Notes: a model not told the origin generated them from the sequence alone. A DNA stretch of 64,000 bases from an uncultured bacterium (GCA_937948815.1 CALFAM010000052.1:1061-65060), one strand, 5' to 3'; counted from the stretch's first letter, positions 25,769-35,800 are shown. A program made the numbers and translations.

Positions 25769-28137
25769 CTGTTGCCTCCCGGCGTCTTGGCAGCGTCGTC
25801 TACGGCCTCGTACAGCCGTCTCAGCCGCTCCTCGAGCAGGAGGAGGAGCGACTCGATCGAAGTCTCTTCGTCGACTTCCGGAAAGGGTGGCAAGGCCAGA
25901 TCGTCGACGACAGCACCACCCTGGCCGGCGGCCCCGAACGGTGCTTGCCCCACCTGCGCGCCCGCGCCGCCCGCGTCACTCCCGCGAGAACGCCCACGGG
26001 AGCGCGCATTGGGCCGCGCGCGTGGCGTTTGCGGCCGCGCGATCCGCCCTGTGGCGCTGAGCGGCTCGGTCAGTGGCCCGGTCGACGCCGTGGTCGCTGC
26101 GCCATCGCCGCCGATGACACGCCGGCTGGCGAGACGAGCACGCTGAACCGCCGGAACCGGCCCCCGGCTGCCGAGTGCCGCGCCAAAGGCCGTCGTGATC
26201 TGGCTCGCGGTCGTCGAGTCCTGCTCCCAGTGGTTGATCTCGACCATGCCCTGGGCGTAGTCGAAGTCCTTGCCCGAGGGATGGCCCGCGGAGATCAGGC
26301 GCGTCTCGGTGATGTAGTGGCAGCCGGTACAGACCTCGGCACGGACGCTGAGGTCACGCAGCGCCCGCATGCCCTGCCCGAGGGCTTGCCGGTAGCCGGG
26401 CCGGTCGTCACCGAGATCCGCGTCGCCTTCCTGGTGCGACTCGAGATAGTCGGCCGCGGGTCCATGGCAGCTCTCACAGGCCACGCCGTCGGCGACTTCT
26501 TGGCGCTTCTCGGCGGTCACGGCCGTGCCATGACAGTCCATGCAGATGTGGTCGCCACGGGCCATTTGTGAGCGCTTGAGGCCGTAGAGCGTCGCGATCT
26601 TGACGTTCTCCGGATCCTGCTCGAAGAAGGGATCCGCGGACTGATAGTGCGCGTCATCGAACCACCAGGCGGTCTGGGTCTGGTGACGATGACAGCCCGT
26701 GCAAGTCTCGGGGCCGATGGTGGCGTGAGACGACGGCGGGCGCACGGCGCGCTTGAACGTTCCGGTCGCCGGCACGCCCGGATCCACTTCGACTCGCGGG
26801 CCGGCCGACGTGCTGCTCGCGAGGGCCCCGCCCTCGGCAGTCGTGTCCGCGTCGGCCTCTGCTGCGCCGGGCGGGAGGTTCCCGTCTGCAACACCAGGAG
26901 TTGTAGCGCCTGGCGCGAGGGTGCCATCGGCCAGCTGCTCTTCAGGATCGTCTTCGTCCTCGTCCGCCAACAGCACCTCTTCCGTGCCGAGAATGACGCC
27001 GTCGAGGCTCGCCAACTGCTGTCCGTCATGGCTGTCGAGGAAGGTGCGCGCCGAGACCCCGATCGCTTCCGCGGCCGTCAGCATGGCCTGGCGCTGGTTC
27101 GGCCGCACGTCGAGCGCACGCACGGTCGCCACCATGGACGCCAGCTCGGGAAGATCCAGGCGCTGTCCCAAGGCACGGACATCACGCAGGGTCTTGCGAA
27201 CCCGCCGCGCCGCGGCCTTGGCGAAGACACCCTTCTCTGTGGCCTCGGCCATCGCGCGCAAGCTGTGCTCGAGGGCGAGGGCGCGGCCGAGCACGTAGAC
27301 CACCCGTTTGTGGGTCATCGGTCGCTCGGGGTTCTCGCCCCCACCATCGCCGAGAAACGACTCGAGAAAATTGTGACGAATCTCGCCACTGGTCCAGGCG
27401 ACGAGCTCGAAGTCACCGCTGCCGGTCCCGTGGCCGCCGACATTGACCAGGTCCTCATCGGGCACCATGTGGCACCGGAAGCAGCTCGACATCAGCGCGT
27501 AGAAGTTGTCCGAGGACCGCCGCATCCCCGCCGCGATGCTTTCCTCGATGCGCTGTCGGCGATGCTCGGGCGGCTCGTTGGTGTGATCGAGCCCTTTGCC
27601 ACCGTAGTCGTTGTGCACGTCGATCCAGTCACGGGCGGCACCGTGGCACGACTCGCACGACACGCCAGAGATGGCACGGAGCTCGTCGCGCTGGACTGTC
27701 GCGGTGTAGTGACAACTCAGGCACAGACTGTCCCGCTTGAGCAGCCGGAAGCCCATTCGTTCGGCGATTTCCTCAGCCGCCGCCTTGCGGTGCAGGGTGC
27801 GAAATCCGGTCTGATGGGTCGTCTTTCGCCACACCTCGAAGGCCGACGCATGGCACTCGCCGCACGACTCCGAATTGACGATCTTCTCCGGATCGGGAGC
27901 CCCTTCACGCAGCAGACGAAGCGCCAGATCAGACGATGCCGGATCGTCTTGCGCCAGGGCCATGCTGCTTGCGAGGGCCAACCACAAGAACGGACACAAG
28001 CACAGCCACCAGGACCGCCACGACACCGGCCAGGCCCTACGTGCCCTGCTGATCGGGTACTCACCCACGGTGGTATTCCCACCGTGGGGCTCGTGGCATT
28101 GCGGCATTATTCGCGCCCCAAGATATCGTCTTGGCAA
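25765..28137 (-). CDS. Secreted octahaem c-type cytochrome (two 4-haem halves) with low-complexity C-terminal tail
   Basis: Hydrophobic signal (WWLCLCPFLWLALASSMALA). Eight CxxCH motifs arranged 4 + 4 and separated by an Ala/Gly/Pro-rich linker. Start uncertain (28137, 28107 or GTG 28068). Confidence 0.8.
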   Translation of the reverse strand: MPRRYLGARIMPQCHEPHGGNTTVGEYPISRARRAWPVSWRSWWLCLCPFLWLALASSMALAQDDPASSDLALRLLREGAPDPEKIVNSESCGECHASAFEVWRKTTHQTGFRTLHRKAAAEEIAERMGFRLLKRDSLCLSCHYTATVQRDELRAISGVSCESCHGAARDWIDVHNDYGGKGLDHTNEPPEHRRQRIEESIAAGMRRSSDNFYALMSSCFRCHMVPDEDLVNVGGHGTGSGDFELVAWTSGEIRHNFLESFLGDGGGENPERPMTHKRVVYVLGRALALEHSLRAMAEATEKGVFAKAAARRVRKTLRDVRALGQRLDLPELASMVATVRALDVRPNQRQAMLTAAEAIGVSARTFLDSHDGQQLASLDGVILGTEEVLLADEDEDDPEEQLADGTLAPGATTPGVADGNLPPGAAEADADTTAEGGALASSTSAGPRVEVDPGVPATGTFKRAVRPPSSHATIGPETCTGCHRHQTQTAWWFDDAHYQSADPFFEQDPENVKIATLYGLKRSQMARGDHICMDCHGTAVTAEKRQEVADGVACESCHGPAADYLESHQEGDADLGDDRPGYRQALGQGMRALRDLSVRAEVCTGCHYITETRLISAGHPSGKDFDYAQGMVEINHWEQDSTTASQITTAFGAALGSRGPVPAVQRARLASRRVIGGDGAATTASTGPLTEPLSATGRIARPQTPRARPNARSRGRSRGSDAGGAGAQVGQAPFGAAGQGGAVVDDLALPPFPEVDEETSIESLLLLLEERLRRLYEAVDDAAKTPGGNR

Positions 28138-28181
28138 GAACCAGACGGCACGAGAACGTGGTCAACACTCGAAAATGGTCA

Positions 28182-29786
28182 CTAGAATTTGGTCAGCAAT
28201 TCCAGCCGGCCACCGTAGAGCGTCTCGTCTCCGAGACCGGCCAACCCGCTCAGGTGACCCACGAAGCCATCGACCACCAGGACGAGCCGACGGCCGATGG
28301 CCGTCTGGAATCGGGCGGTGGCCGCAAACGCGTCCGCGACGTCGTTCTCCAGACCAAAGCGCGCACCAAACTCGACGATCACCTGCTTACGGGTGTGATC
28401 GAAGAACATCTGATAGCCGACCGCACCACCGACCACATCACGCGCCGTGCTCGAGAGCGCCGCGCCATAGCTGCCGAGACCGACCGCAGCGAAGTTGATT
28501 CCCGCCCGTCCGAGAGGCCCACCGGTGGCCGGGCCACGCGCGGCCGACGAAAAGGTGTCGACGGCCAAGAAGTTGTTCACGTAGAATAGGTTATGCGTGT
28601 GAACCGGCGTCCAAGAAAGCTCGCTGAAGAGCAGCGCGCCGTCCGTACTGAATGCGGTTTCGTCATCGAGAGCGAAGGATCCGAGCACGCGGAACGAGGC
28701 GTTCATCTTGCCGATCCGCTGCACCGCGCTGACGCCGAAGGCTGCCAGGTCCCCGACCAGCGGATTGTCTGACTGTACGTAGACCAGATCGGCGTCGATG
28801 GTCGAACGCCGAACGTCGGTCGACGTCAGCAGCGCAAAGAGCTGCCCGCTGGTGTCCTCGGGGTTGGTGCCGCGCAGGGAGCCTTCGGCGTCCGACAGAT
28901 CGATGCCACCGCGGTGGACGTTGTCCCACGCCAGGAAAAGCGTGGCCCGAAAGTTGGACGTATTCTTCGGCAGAAGCGTGTTGCGGGTCAGGCCGATGCC
29001 ATCGAGGGTGTCTTGGATCAACAGCCCTTCCTGGAAAAACATCGGCTGCCTGCCGATCGAGAAGCCCACATCCAAGGAACCATGGTCTTCGAGATCGAGA
29101 TTGGGAAAGATCTCCCCGAACTCACCCTCGAAGAACAGCACCTCGACATCGATGTCGAACTCATCCCGAAACTCGCCGTCGAGCGCGGGGTCAGGCGATT
29201 CGAATACGTAGCCGCTGAAGCGTCCGCTGCGATCGAAGTTGCGGAAGCCAACGACCAGGCGTTCGGTGCCACTCAAAAAGAGGTTGAGGAAAAGGTCGAG
29301 CCGGTTCGCCCACTCGGTGGTGCGGTTCTCGCTGCCACCAGGGGTGAAGGTCTGGAGACCCGTGCGCAGGTTGCCGAAGGCGAGCAACGACGGCTGCCAG
29401 ACGGCCCCCGTGGGCAGCTTGTAGCCAGGATGAAGCGTTCCCGTGCCGAGAAACGGCTCGCCAAGCTCGAGAATCGGCTTCGGCCGCTTCGGGAAGCCCT
29501 CGAGTTGAAGGGGCAGGGCGACATCGCTCAGGCGACTACCGTGGCCACCGCCATGACCATCGTGCCCGTCTCCGGCGCCGTGGCCATCTCCGTGCTCGTC
29601 GTGATCTTCCCCGGCGTGGTCGTGGCCGTCGTCCGACTCGTGAACGGCATCTTCAGGGTCGGCCGCTTTCGCGGACGGCGCCGCCTTCGCGCTTGGCGAA
29701 GAAGCGACCGCAGTCACCGGCATGGCAGCCAACAGCAACGCACCCAGGAGGGTGCGGCTCAAGAGCATCGCGCGCTTGCTGTCCAT
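28182..29786 (-). CDS. Putative outer-membrane beta-barrel protein with N-terminal His/Asp-rich tract
   Basis: ATG at 29786 lies 4 nt after the upstream stop. Signal peptide MDSKRAMLLSRTLLGALLLAAMPVTAVA. His/Asp tract at residues 49-82. Gly/aromatic-rich body ending ...GRLELLTKF, with the terminal Phe typical of OMPs. Confidence 0.55.
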   Translation of the reverse strand: MDSKRAMLLSRTLLGALLLAAMPVTAVASSPSAKAAPSAKAADPEDAVHESDDGHDHAGEDHDEHGDGHGAGDGHDGHGGGHGSRLSDVALPLQLEGFPKRPKPILELGEPFLGTGTLHPGYKLPTGAVWQPSLLAFGNLRTGLQTFTPGGSENRTTEWANRLDLFLNLFLSGTERLVVGFRNFDRSGRFSGYVFESPDPALDGEFRDEFDIDVEVLFFEGEFGEIFPNLDLEDHGSLDVGFSIGRQPMFFQEGLLIQDTLDGIGLTRNTLLPKNTSNFRATLFLAWDNVHRGGIDLSDAEGSLRGTNPEDTSGQLFALLTSTDVRRSTIDADLVYVQSDNPLVGDLAAFGVSAVQRIGKMNASFRVLGSFALDDETAFSTDGALLFSELSWTPVHTHNLFYVNNFLAVDTFSSAARGPATGGPLGRAGINFAAVGLGSYGAALSSTARDVVGGAVGYQMFFDHTRKQVIVEFGARFGLENDVADAFAATARFQTAIGRRLVLVVDGFVGHLSGLAGLGDETLYGGRLELLTKF

Positions 29787-29790
29787 GGCG

Positions 29791-31659
29791 CTACTCGGAG
29801 GCGCCGGCAATGGCGGTCGCGGGGTGGGCGGAACCCTCGGCACCACTGTGGAGATCGATCTCGAGATCTCGTTCCCACAGCACCAGATGCCCTGCGACCA
29901 CCCGATCGGCAATCTCGCGGGCGCTCAGGCCATAGTCGAACCCGACCCCGGCGATCTCGTGTACCAGGTTGACCGGCACCATGCCGGCGATCAGCTCGAA
30001 CCGCGCACGGTATGGCCCCGCACCGCTCAGCGCCGATGCCGGAACCCGGTACCGGGCAAGCCGCTTGCCACCGGGTTCGATGTTCTGCTTGTGCTTGCGC
30101 GCGCCTGCCGGTCGCCCGGTCAGAATGGTCGAACGCGTCGAGGGCCGCAGGAAGGGCAGCGGATCTGGTGAGTAGTTCACCGCCAGAACCTGCTCCCGCT
30201 CCCCGCCGCGCACCATGCGCGTGACGAAGCGTGACTGCAAGCTGAAGAGCTGCTTGTCGAGGGGTAGCTCGCCGTTGTGCACATAGAGCGAATGCGTGTC
30301 GCGCAGGTCGCCATTGGGATCGAGATCGCCCGAGACAAAGACGACCTCGTCGTTGCGGTCGGTCACGGTGACCCGTACGAACACCAGGCGTTCCGCGTCG
30401 AAGCCGGTCGGCACGCCGTGTCCGGTGGTGGCATTGCGCACTTCGGCGGCAATCACCATCCCCTTTCGTGCATCGGCCCGAACCACCTCGATCTCGCCGA
30501 ACTGGTAGCCGGCCTGGAGGACCTTCTTGCGCTGGACATCGGCCTTGGCGAGCAGGGCCCGGTTCGCCTCGATGATGTCGCGCGCATCGTAGCGATCATC
30601 GGCCGCGCGCCATTTCTCCGGAAAATCGTACGGCTCGTCGGCCTTGGCCGCCTGATCCTCGAATGTGTCGGTGCCCCATCCCGCTTCCCAATCAAAGGTC
30701 AGCCACTCGCGGATGGTCGCCAGCTCGGATGCCTTGGTGTTGTGCGGGAAGATCCCCGGGTGAATGACCGAGTAGTCGGGGCCGATGAACATGTGGTCCG
30801 TGCGCTTCCGGACTACCGTCGGGCGGCCGCCAACCACTGCGGCGGGGGCTTGGGCGTAGCCGGAGACCACGCCAGGCTCGAGGCCCATGTGGCAGTCCTG
30901 GCACGACGTGCCTTCCTTGGCCGCTGGCGTGTTCTTGAACTCGCTGAAGGCCTCTTCCAGCCGGAAGCCGTTGACCAGGTTGACGTCGTGGCAAGTCGCA
31001 CAGAGACCGGAAGTCGTGATCTGGAAGAACGGTCGCGCTTCCGTGTGGATCGCTCGCCCGGCCTTGCCTCGCTCGGTGTTGACCCGGTACTCGCCGCTTT
31101 CGAGCACGCGCTCGAGCTCTTCGTTGCCCGCTGGGCCGTAGACCGGCTCGAAAAGATCACCCTCGACGATGGCCAGGCGCCCGCTCAGCTTGCCATAGCT
31201 CTTGTTGAGCCGGTGACAAACGATGCAGGTCACGCCTTCGCGCGAGGTCGGATGGCGATCCATGTTGCTCATGAACTCTGGCTCGCCAAGGTTCATGCCG
31301 ACCGGCGTATGGCAACGGATGCAGAAGTCTCCGTTCGTCCCATTGGTCAGCTTGAGCACGGTTCCATGCATGGCATTGAAGACCGGGCTCATCTGCGCGT
31401 AGGCATGCGGCGACACGGACCAGGCTTCGAAGTGGTCCGGATGACACGTCGCGCAGGTATTGGCCGACGGGAACCGATTCTCCAGGAACAGCGCTTCGTG
31501 CTCTTGATCGGCGGACAGAGCCTTTGCCGCGGTCTCCTCGGACGGCGGGTCCTCCGTCGCGAAAACGAGTGCAGCGGTGGCCAGCCATGCACCTGCCACG
31601 GCAAGCGTCCCGAAGATGGCCGGGCGCACCATTTCGGTCGATATCCACAGAAATCTCAT
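29791..31659 (-). CDS. Secreted pentahaem c-type cytochrome with large non-haem C-terminal domain
   Basis: ATG at 31659 preceded by GAGGAGG (complement of 31668-31674). Signal-like AIFGTLAVAGAWLATAALVFA. Five CxxCH motifs in the first 270 aa. Confidence 0.8.
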   Translation of the reverse strand: MRFLWISTEMVRPAIFGTLAVAGAWLATAALVFATEDPPSEETAAKALSADQEHEALFLENRFPSANTCATCHPDHFEAWSVSPHAYAQMSPVFNAMHGTVLKLTNGTNGDFCIRCHTPVGMNLGEPEFMSNMDRHPTSREGVTCIVCHRLNKSYGKLSGRLAIVEGDLFEPVYGPAGNEELERVLESGEYRVNTERGKAGRAIHTEARPFFQITTSGLCATCHDVNLVNGFRLEEAFSEFKNTPAAKEGTSCQDCHMGLEPGVVSGYAQAPAAVVGGRPTVVRKRTDHMFIGPDYSVIHPGIFPHNTKASELATIREWLTFDWEAGWGTDTFEDQAAKADEPYDFPEKWRAADDRYDARDIIEANRALLAKADVQRKKVLQAGYQFGEIEVVRADARKGMVIAAEVRNATTGHGVPTGFDAERLVFVRVTVTDRNDEVVFVSGDLDPNGDLRDTHSLYVHNGELPLDKQLFSLQSRFVTRMVRGGEREQVLAVNYSPDPLPFLRPSTRSTILTGRPAGARKHKQNIEPGGKRLARYRVPASALSGAGPYRARFELIAGMVPVNLVHEIAGVGFDYGLSAREIADRVVAGHLVLWERDLEIDLHSGAEGSAHPATAIAGASE

Positions 31660-31935
31660 TGCAACAAACCTCCTCAAAGGCTACATACGCCTCTCAAGTC
31701 CCCAGTACGCAATGAAACCAAGCGATGATCGACCGAACCGAAATGACAATGAAAGCAGTCCTGCCAGGGAGTTTACTACGACCTATAGCGTTGTGACAAA
31801 AAGTCATCTGCCTTCTGGGCTGGAGGCACGAATGAACGGTACGATGCAGGCCATGAACGACAGGGTCGCGCTCTGACACGTTTCCTCGCCATCATTGGCG
31901 TTCTGACGATCTCGCTCTCCGCGATCTTCGTTCGC

Positions 31936-32787
31936 TTGTCGCAGGCATCGCCGTCCACATCTGCGTTTTTCCGCGCGCTCTATGCGCTTCCGGTTCTCTA
32001 TATCGGCTGGCTCGTCGTACGGCGAAAGGACGGGCGATCTCGACGCCGGCGCGGCGTGGCGGTTGCCGCCGGTGCCATGCTCGGGATTGACCTCGCGGTA
32101 TGGCATCGGGCGATCGACGATATCGGGGCGGGGCCGGCGACCGTTCTGGGGAACACCCAGGTCGCAATGGTCGGGCTGGTGGCCTGGCTCGCGCTCGGCG
32201 AGAAGCCTTCGCGAATCTCCCTTCTGATGCTGCCGGTGGTGCTGACCGGCGTCGCGCTGGTCGGCGGCGTGGGAAGCGCGGATGCCTATGGCGCCAATCC
32301 CGGCCGCGGCGCCCTATGGGGCTTGGCTACCGGCGTGTCCTATGCCGCCTTCCTGCTCGCGATGCGGTTTGCCAACGGCGATCGCGGCTCGCCAGTCGGC
32401 CCCTTGGCTGACGCCACCCTGGGTGCGGCGATCGCGACCTTGCTCCTCGGCCTCCCCGACAGTTCCTTCGACCTGGTGCCATCGTGGCCGATGCACGGAT
32501 GGCTGCTCGCGCTGGCCCTGGGCTCCCAGGTATTCGGCTGGCTTCTCATTACCCACGCCCTGCCCCGACTGCCAGCACTCGAGACCTCGGTGCTGCTGCT
32601 GCTGCAACCCACCGCGACCCTGGTGTGGGGGCGCATGCTGTTCGACGAACGCCTCGCGCCCGGCCAGGTCGCGGGCGCGGCTCTCGTGTTGGGCGGCGTC
32701 ACCGCGCTCTCCTTGGTCGGCGTTGTCAAGCGACGCCGGGCCCCCACTCCGGCATCCGCCGAGAAGCCCTCCGGCCAAGAAGCCTGA
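31936..32787 (+). CDS. EamA/DMT family transporter (true 5' end probably upstream of 31936)
   Basis: Ten-helix-type hydrophobic pattern with duplicated EamA halves. The same frame is open back to 31789 and encodes a first-helix-like segment (see finding). Confidence 0.7.
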   Translation: MSQASPSTSAFFRALYALPVLYIGWLVVRRKDGRSRRRRGVAVAAGAMLGIDLAVWHRAIDDIGAGPATVLGNTQVAMVGLVAWLALGEKPSRISLLMLPVVLTGVALVGGVGSADAYGANPGRGALWGLATGVSYAAFLLAMRFANGDRGSPVGPLADATLGAAIATLLLGLPDSSFDLVPSWPMHGWLLALALGSQVFGWLLITHALPRLPALETSVLLLLQPTATLVWGRMLFDERLAPGQVAGAALVLGGVTALSLVGVVKRRRAPTPASAEKPSGQEA

Positions 32788-32843
32788 TCACCCTCCACGG
32801 GCAGCCCGGCCGCGATGGCTACCCATGCGAATAGAATGGTCCC

Positions 32844-35800
32844 ATGCTCACATGCCATTCCACCGACCTTCGACTGCGAAGCATCCTCCGATTCACGCTG
32901 CCCACGATCACCGCCCTGATGGCGGTACCCACGATCGCGTCGATCGTGCCGTTCGGCAATGCTGTCGCCATCGATGAAACCTTTGCCGACGCGCGCGCCA
33001 TCGCCACGGCAGACTTCGATCGTGACGGCGACCTCGATCTGCTCGCCACCAGCCGAGGGGACAACGAGATCGCCTGGTGGGAGAACACCGCGGGCGATGC
33101 ATCCGCCTGGACCCGCCACACCATCGAGAGCGGCATCACGGTCGCCGAGCTGGCAGGGGCGGCCGTTGGTGACTTCGACGGCGACGCCGCGGTCGATGTC
33201 ATCGCGGCGGTCGATGCTACCGATACGATCATCCTGTGGCAGAACCAGGGAGACGGCAGCACCTGGACGCGGCGTACGGTCGGCGGCGGATTCTCCGGCC
33301 CCTTCGCCGTCGCAGCCACCGACCTCGATCACGACGGCGATCTCGACGTGGTCGGCACCTTCGAGGATGGTAGCCGGATCGCATGGTTCGAGAACGTTCA
33401 GGGCGACGCCACGGCCTGGACACCCTTCCAAGACCTGGGCTTCTCGAGCGCTGGTGCAGTCACCCTGGCCGATCTCGATCACGATGGCGATCTCGATGCC
33501 TTCGCCGAGGGCGACTCCTTCGCCTGGTGGCGCAACAACGGAAGCGGTGACGCGTGGGTCTTCGTGAGTCTCGGCAGCGGTGTCTCCGGCCCGGCCGAGG
33601 CGGTGGGTACGGGTGACCTCGATGGCGACGGCGACCGTGATCTCGTCGGGCTGACGGGCGGCGCTGACGATCAGGTCATCTGGTGGGAGAACACCGATGG
33701 CCAGGGCACCTTCGCGCTGCCGGTCAGCCTGTCGGCGGCACTCGGCGACCCGTCGTCGCTGGCTGTCTTCGATCTCGACGCCGACGGCGACCTGGATATC
33801 GCGTTCACCGCCGAGACCGGCGGCGACGTGAGCTGGCTGGAGAACACGGCCGGGGACGCCACGGCATGGACACTCCGACCGGTCGCCAGCGCGGTGGCGC
33901 AGCCCGACCAGGTTCGGGTGGCAGATCTCGACGGCGACGGTGACGACGATCTGCTGGCGGCCGCCCGCGGCGACGGTGTGCTCTCGTGGTGGCCCAACGA
34001 GACGCTGCACCGGAGCGCTACATTCCCGATCGCGCATCGCGTCCTCGGCACGGGTGGCTTCAACCAGCGCCCCGGGGTCGAGACCGCCGATCTCGATCAG
34101 GATGGCCGCCAGGATCTTCTCGTCACCACGTTCGAAGGCGTGAGGTGGTGGCGAAACGACGGCAGCCCGTGCGCGCCAGACTGCACCTGGCCCGAACACG
34201 TCATCACCACCGACCGTTTTGCGGTGTCGGTCGCGGACATGGATGCCGACGGTGATCTCGATCTGCTCGGCCACTCTGGAATCCTGCCAGGCATCGTGTG
34301 GTGGGAGAACGATGGTCTTCCCTGTGGGATCACGTGTAGCTGGACCCTGCACACGGTGACGAGCGACTACTTGGGTGTCACCGACAGCAGGGCCGTGGAC
34401 CTCGACGGGGACGGCGACATGGACGTCCTGGCCGCTTCCAAAAACGCCGGCACCGACTCGGTGTCGTGGTGGGAAAACGACGGCACGCCTTGCGACCCCG
34501 ACTGCGACTGGCCCGAGCACTCCGTGGTCGACGAATTCAACGACACCAACTCGATCGTCGCTGCGGACATGGACGGAGACGGCGACCTCGACCTGCTGGG
34601 CAATGGTCGGGTGGCAGCGGTTGTTGCTTGGTGGGAGAACGACGGCTCACCGTGCGACCCGGACTGCGACTGGCCACGACACGTGGTCGAAACCTTCTTT
34701 CAGCTGCCGCAGATGCTGCGCGCGGTCGACATGGACGGCGACGGCGACAACGATGTTCTCGGCGCATCATTCGGCACCGACGACGAGGTTACCTGGTGGG
34801 AGAACGACGGCTCTTCGTGCACACCCGATTGCGCGTGGCCACGACGCAGAGTGGACCGTGATTTCTACGGCGCAGCAGCACTCGCAACGGCCGACGTCGA
34901 CCGCGACGGCGACGCTGACATCGTCGGCGTCGCAAACAACGCCGACGCCAGCATCAATGACATCGCCTGGTGGGAGAACGACCGATCCGCATGCGGTTTC
35001 CTCTGTAGCTGGCCCAAACACACCTTCGACGTGACCTATCCTCAGGCGATCGATCTCAGCGTGGCCGATATGGATGGTGACGGTGACGTCGACGTGCTAA
35101 CCAGCGAGCGGGACGGCGATGTCGCCTGGTGGGAGAACCGCGGCGGCCAGTTTGCGCTGCCGACCGCTGACGCGGCCGGCCAGACGACGGTCGCCGCCGC
35201 CAGCCAAGACGTCGTGTTGCTACGAATCGACGGACAGCATCGTGGGCGTGGCGGCGATGGCGACGCCGAGCTCGCCAGCCTCGAGCTGCGCTTCGAGGCA
35301 CCCGGCGGCACTGCGCTCAGCGACGCCGAGATGGCTGCACTGCTCGATGCCTTGCATCTCTATCGCGACGACGGAGACGGTGCGTTCGAACCAGGTCGTG
35401 ACGACGGCAGGCCGTTCATCTCGCTCGTCGCGCCCTTCACCTCGAGCGACGGCGTGCTGACCTGGTCGATGATCGATGGCGACCCGAACGTTCAGCTCAC
35501 CGTCGATGCCAACGTCACCTGGTGGCTGGCTGCAGACGTCGCTCTCGGAGCAGCCGCCGCGCCGGTTCTGGGCCTGCGTGTGATCCATCGCACCTCAGCG
35601 TCATCGACCGGCGAGATGGCTGCGACGGATCTTCCGCTCGTCCTCGAATACGAAGACGACACGACGAGCGCGACGGTCGTGGTCAACACGCCACCGCAGC
35701 TCGTCGCGCCGATCGGCAACCAGACCGTACGTGAAGGAGAACCCTTTGCGCTCGACATCGCTCCGAGCTTCTCAGACCCCAACCCCGGAGCACTGACCTA

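Noticed and set aside
26647-31728. Plus-strand ORFs 26647-28185 (512 aa), 28914-29972 (352 aa) and 30277-31728 (483 aa)
   Set aside because: Antisense to the CxxCH-bearing cytochrome and barrel genes. They have no motifs, no RBS, and Arg-rich composition.
31751-31767. Sigma-54 promoter upstream of the cytochrome cluster (minus strand CTGGCAGGACTGCTTTC)
   Set aside because: A TGGCA element is present, but no GC dinucleotide sits at the required -12 spacing, since the GC falls 3 nt too early.
32340-34520. 726-aa minus-strand ORF
   Set aside because: Entirely antisense to the strongly supported FG-GAP repeat gene. The translation is Arg/Gly/Ala/Val-rich with no motifs. This is the typical shadow ORF of high-GC DNA.
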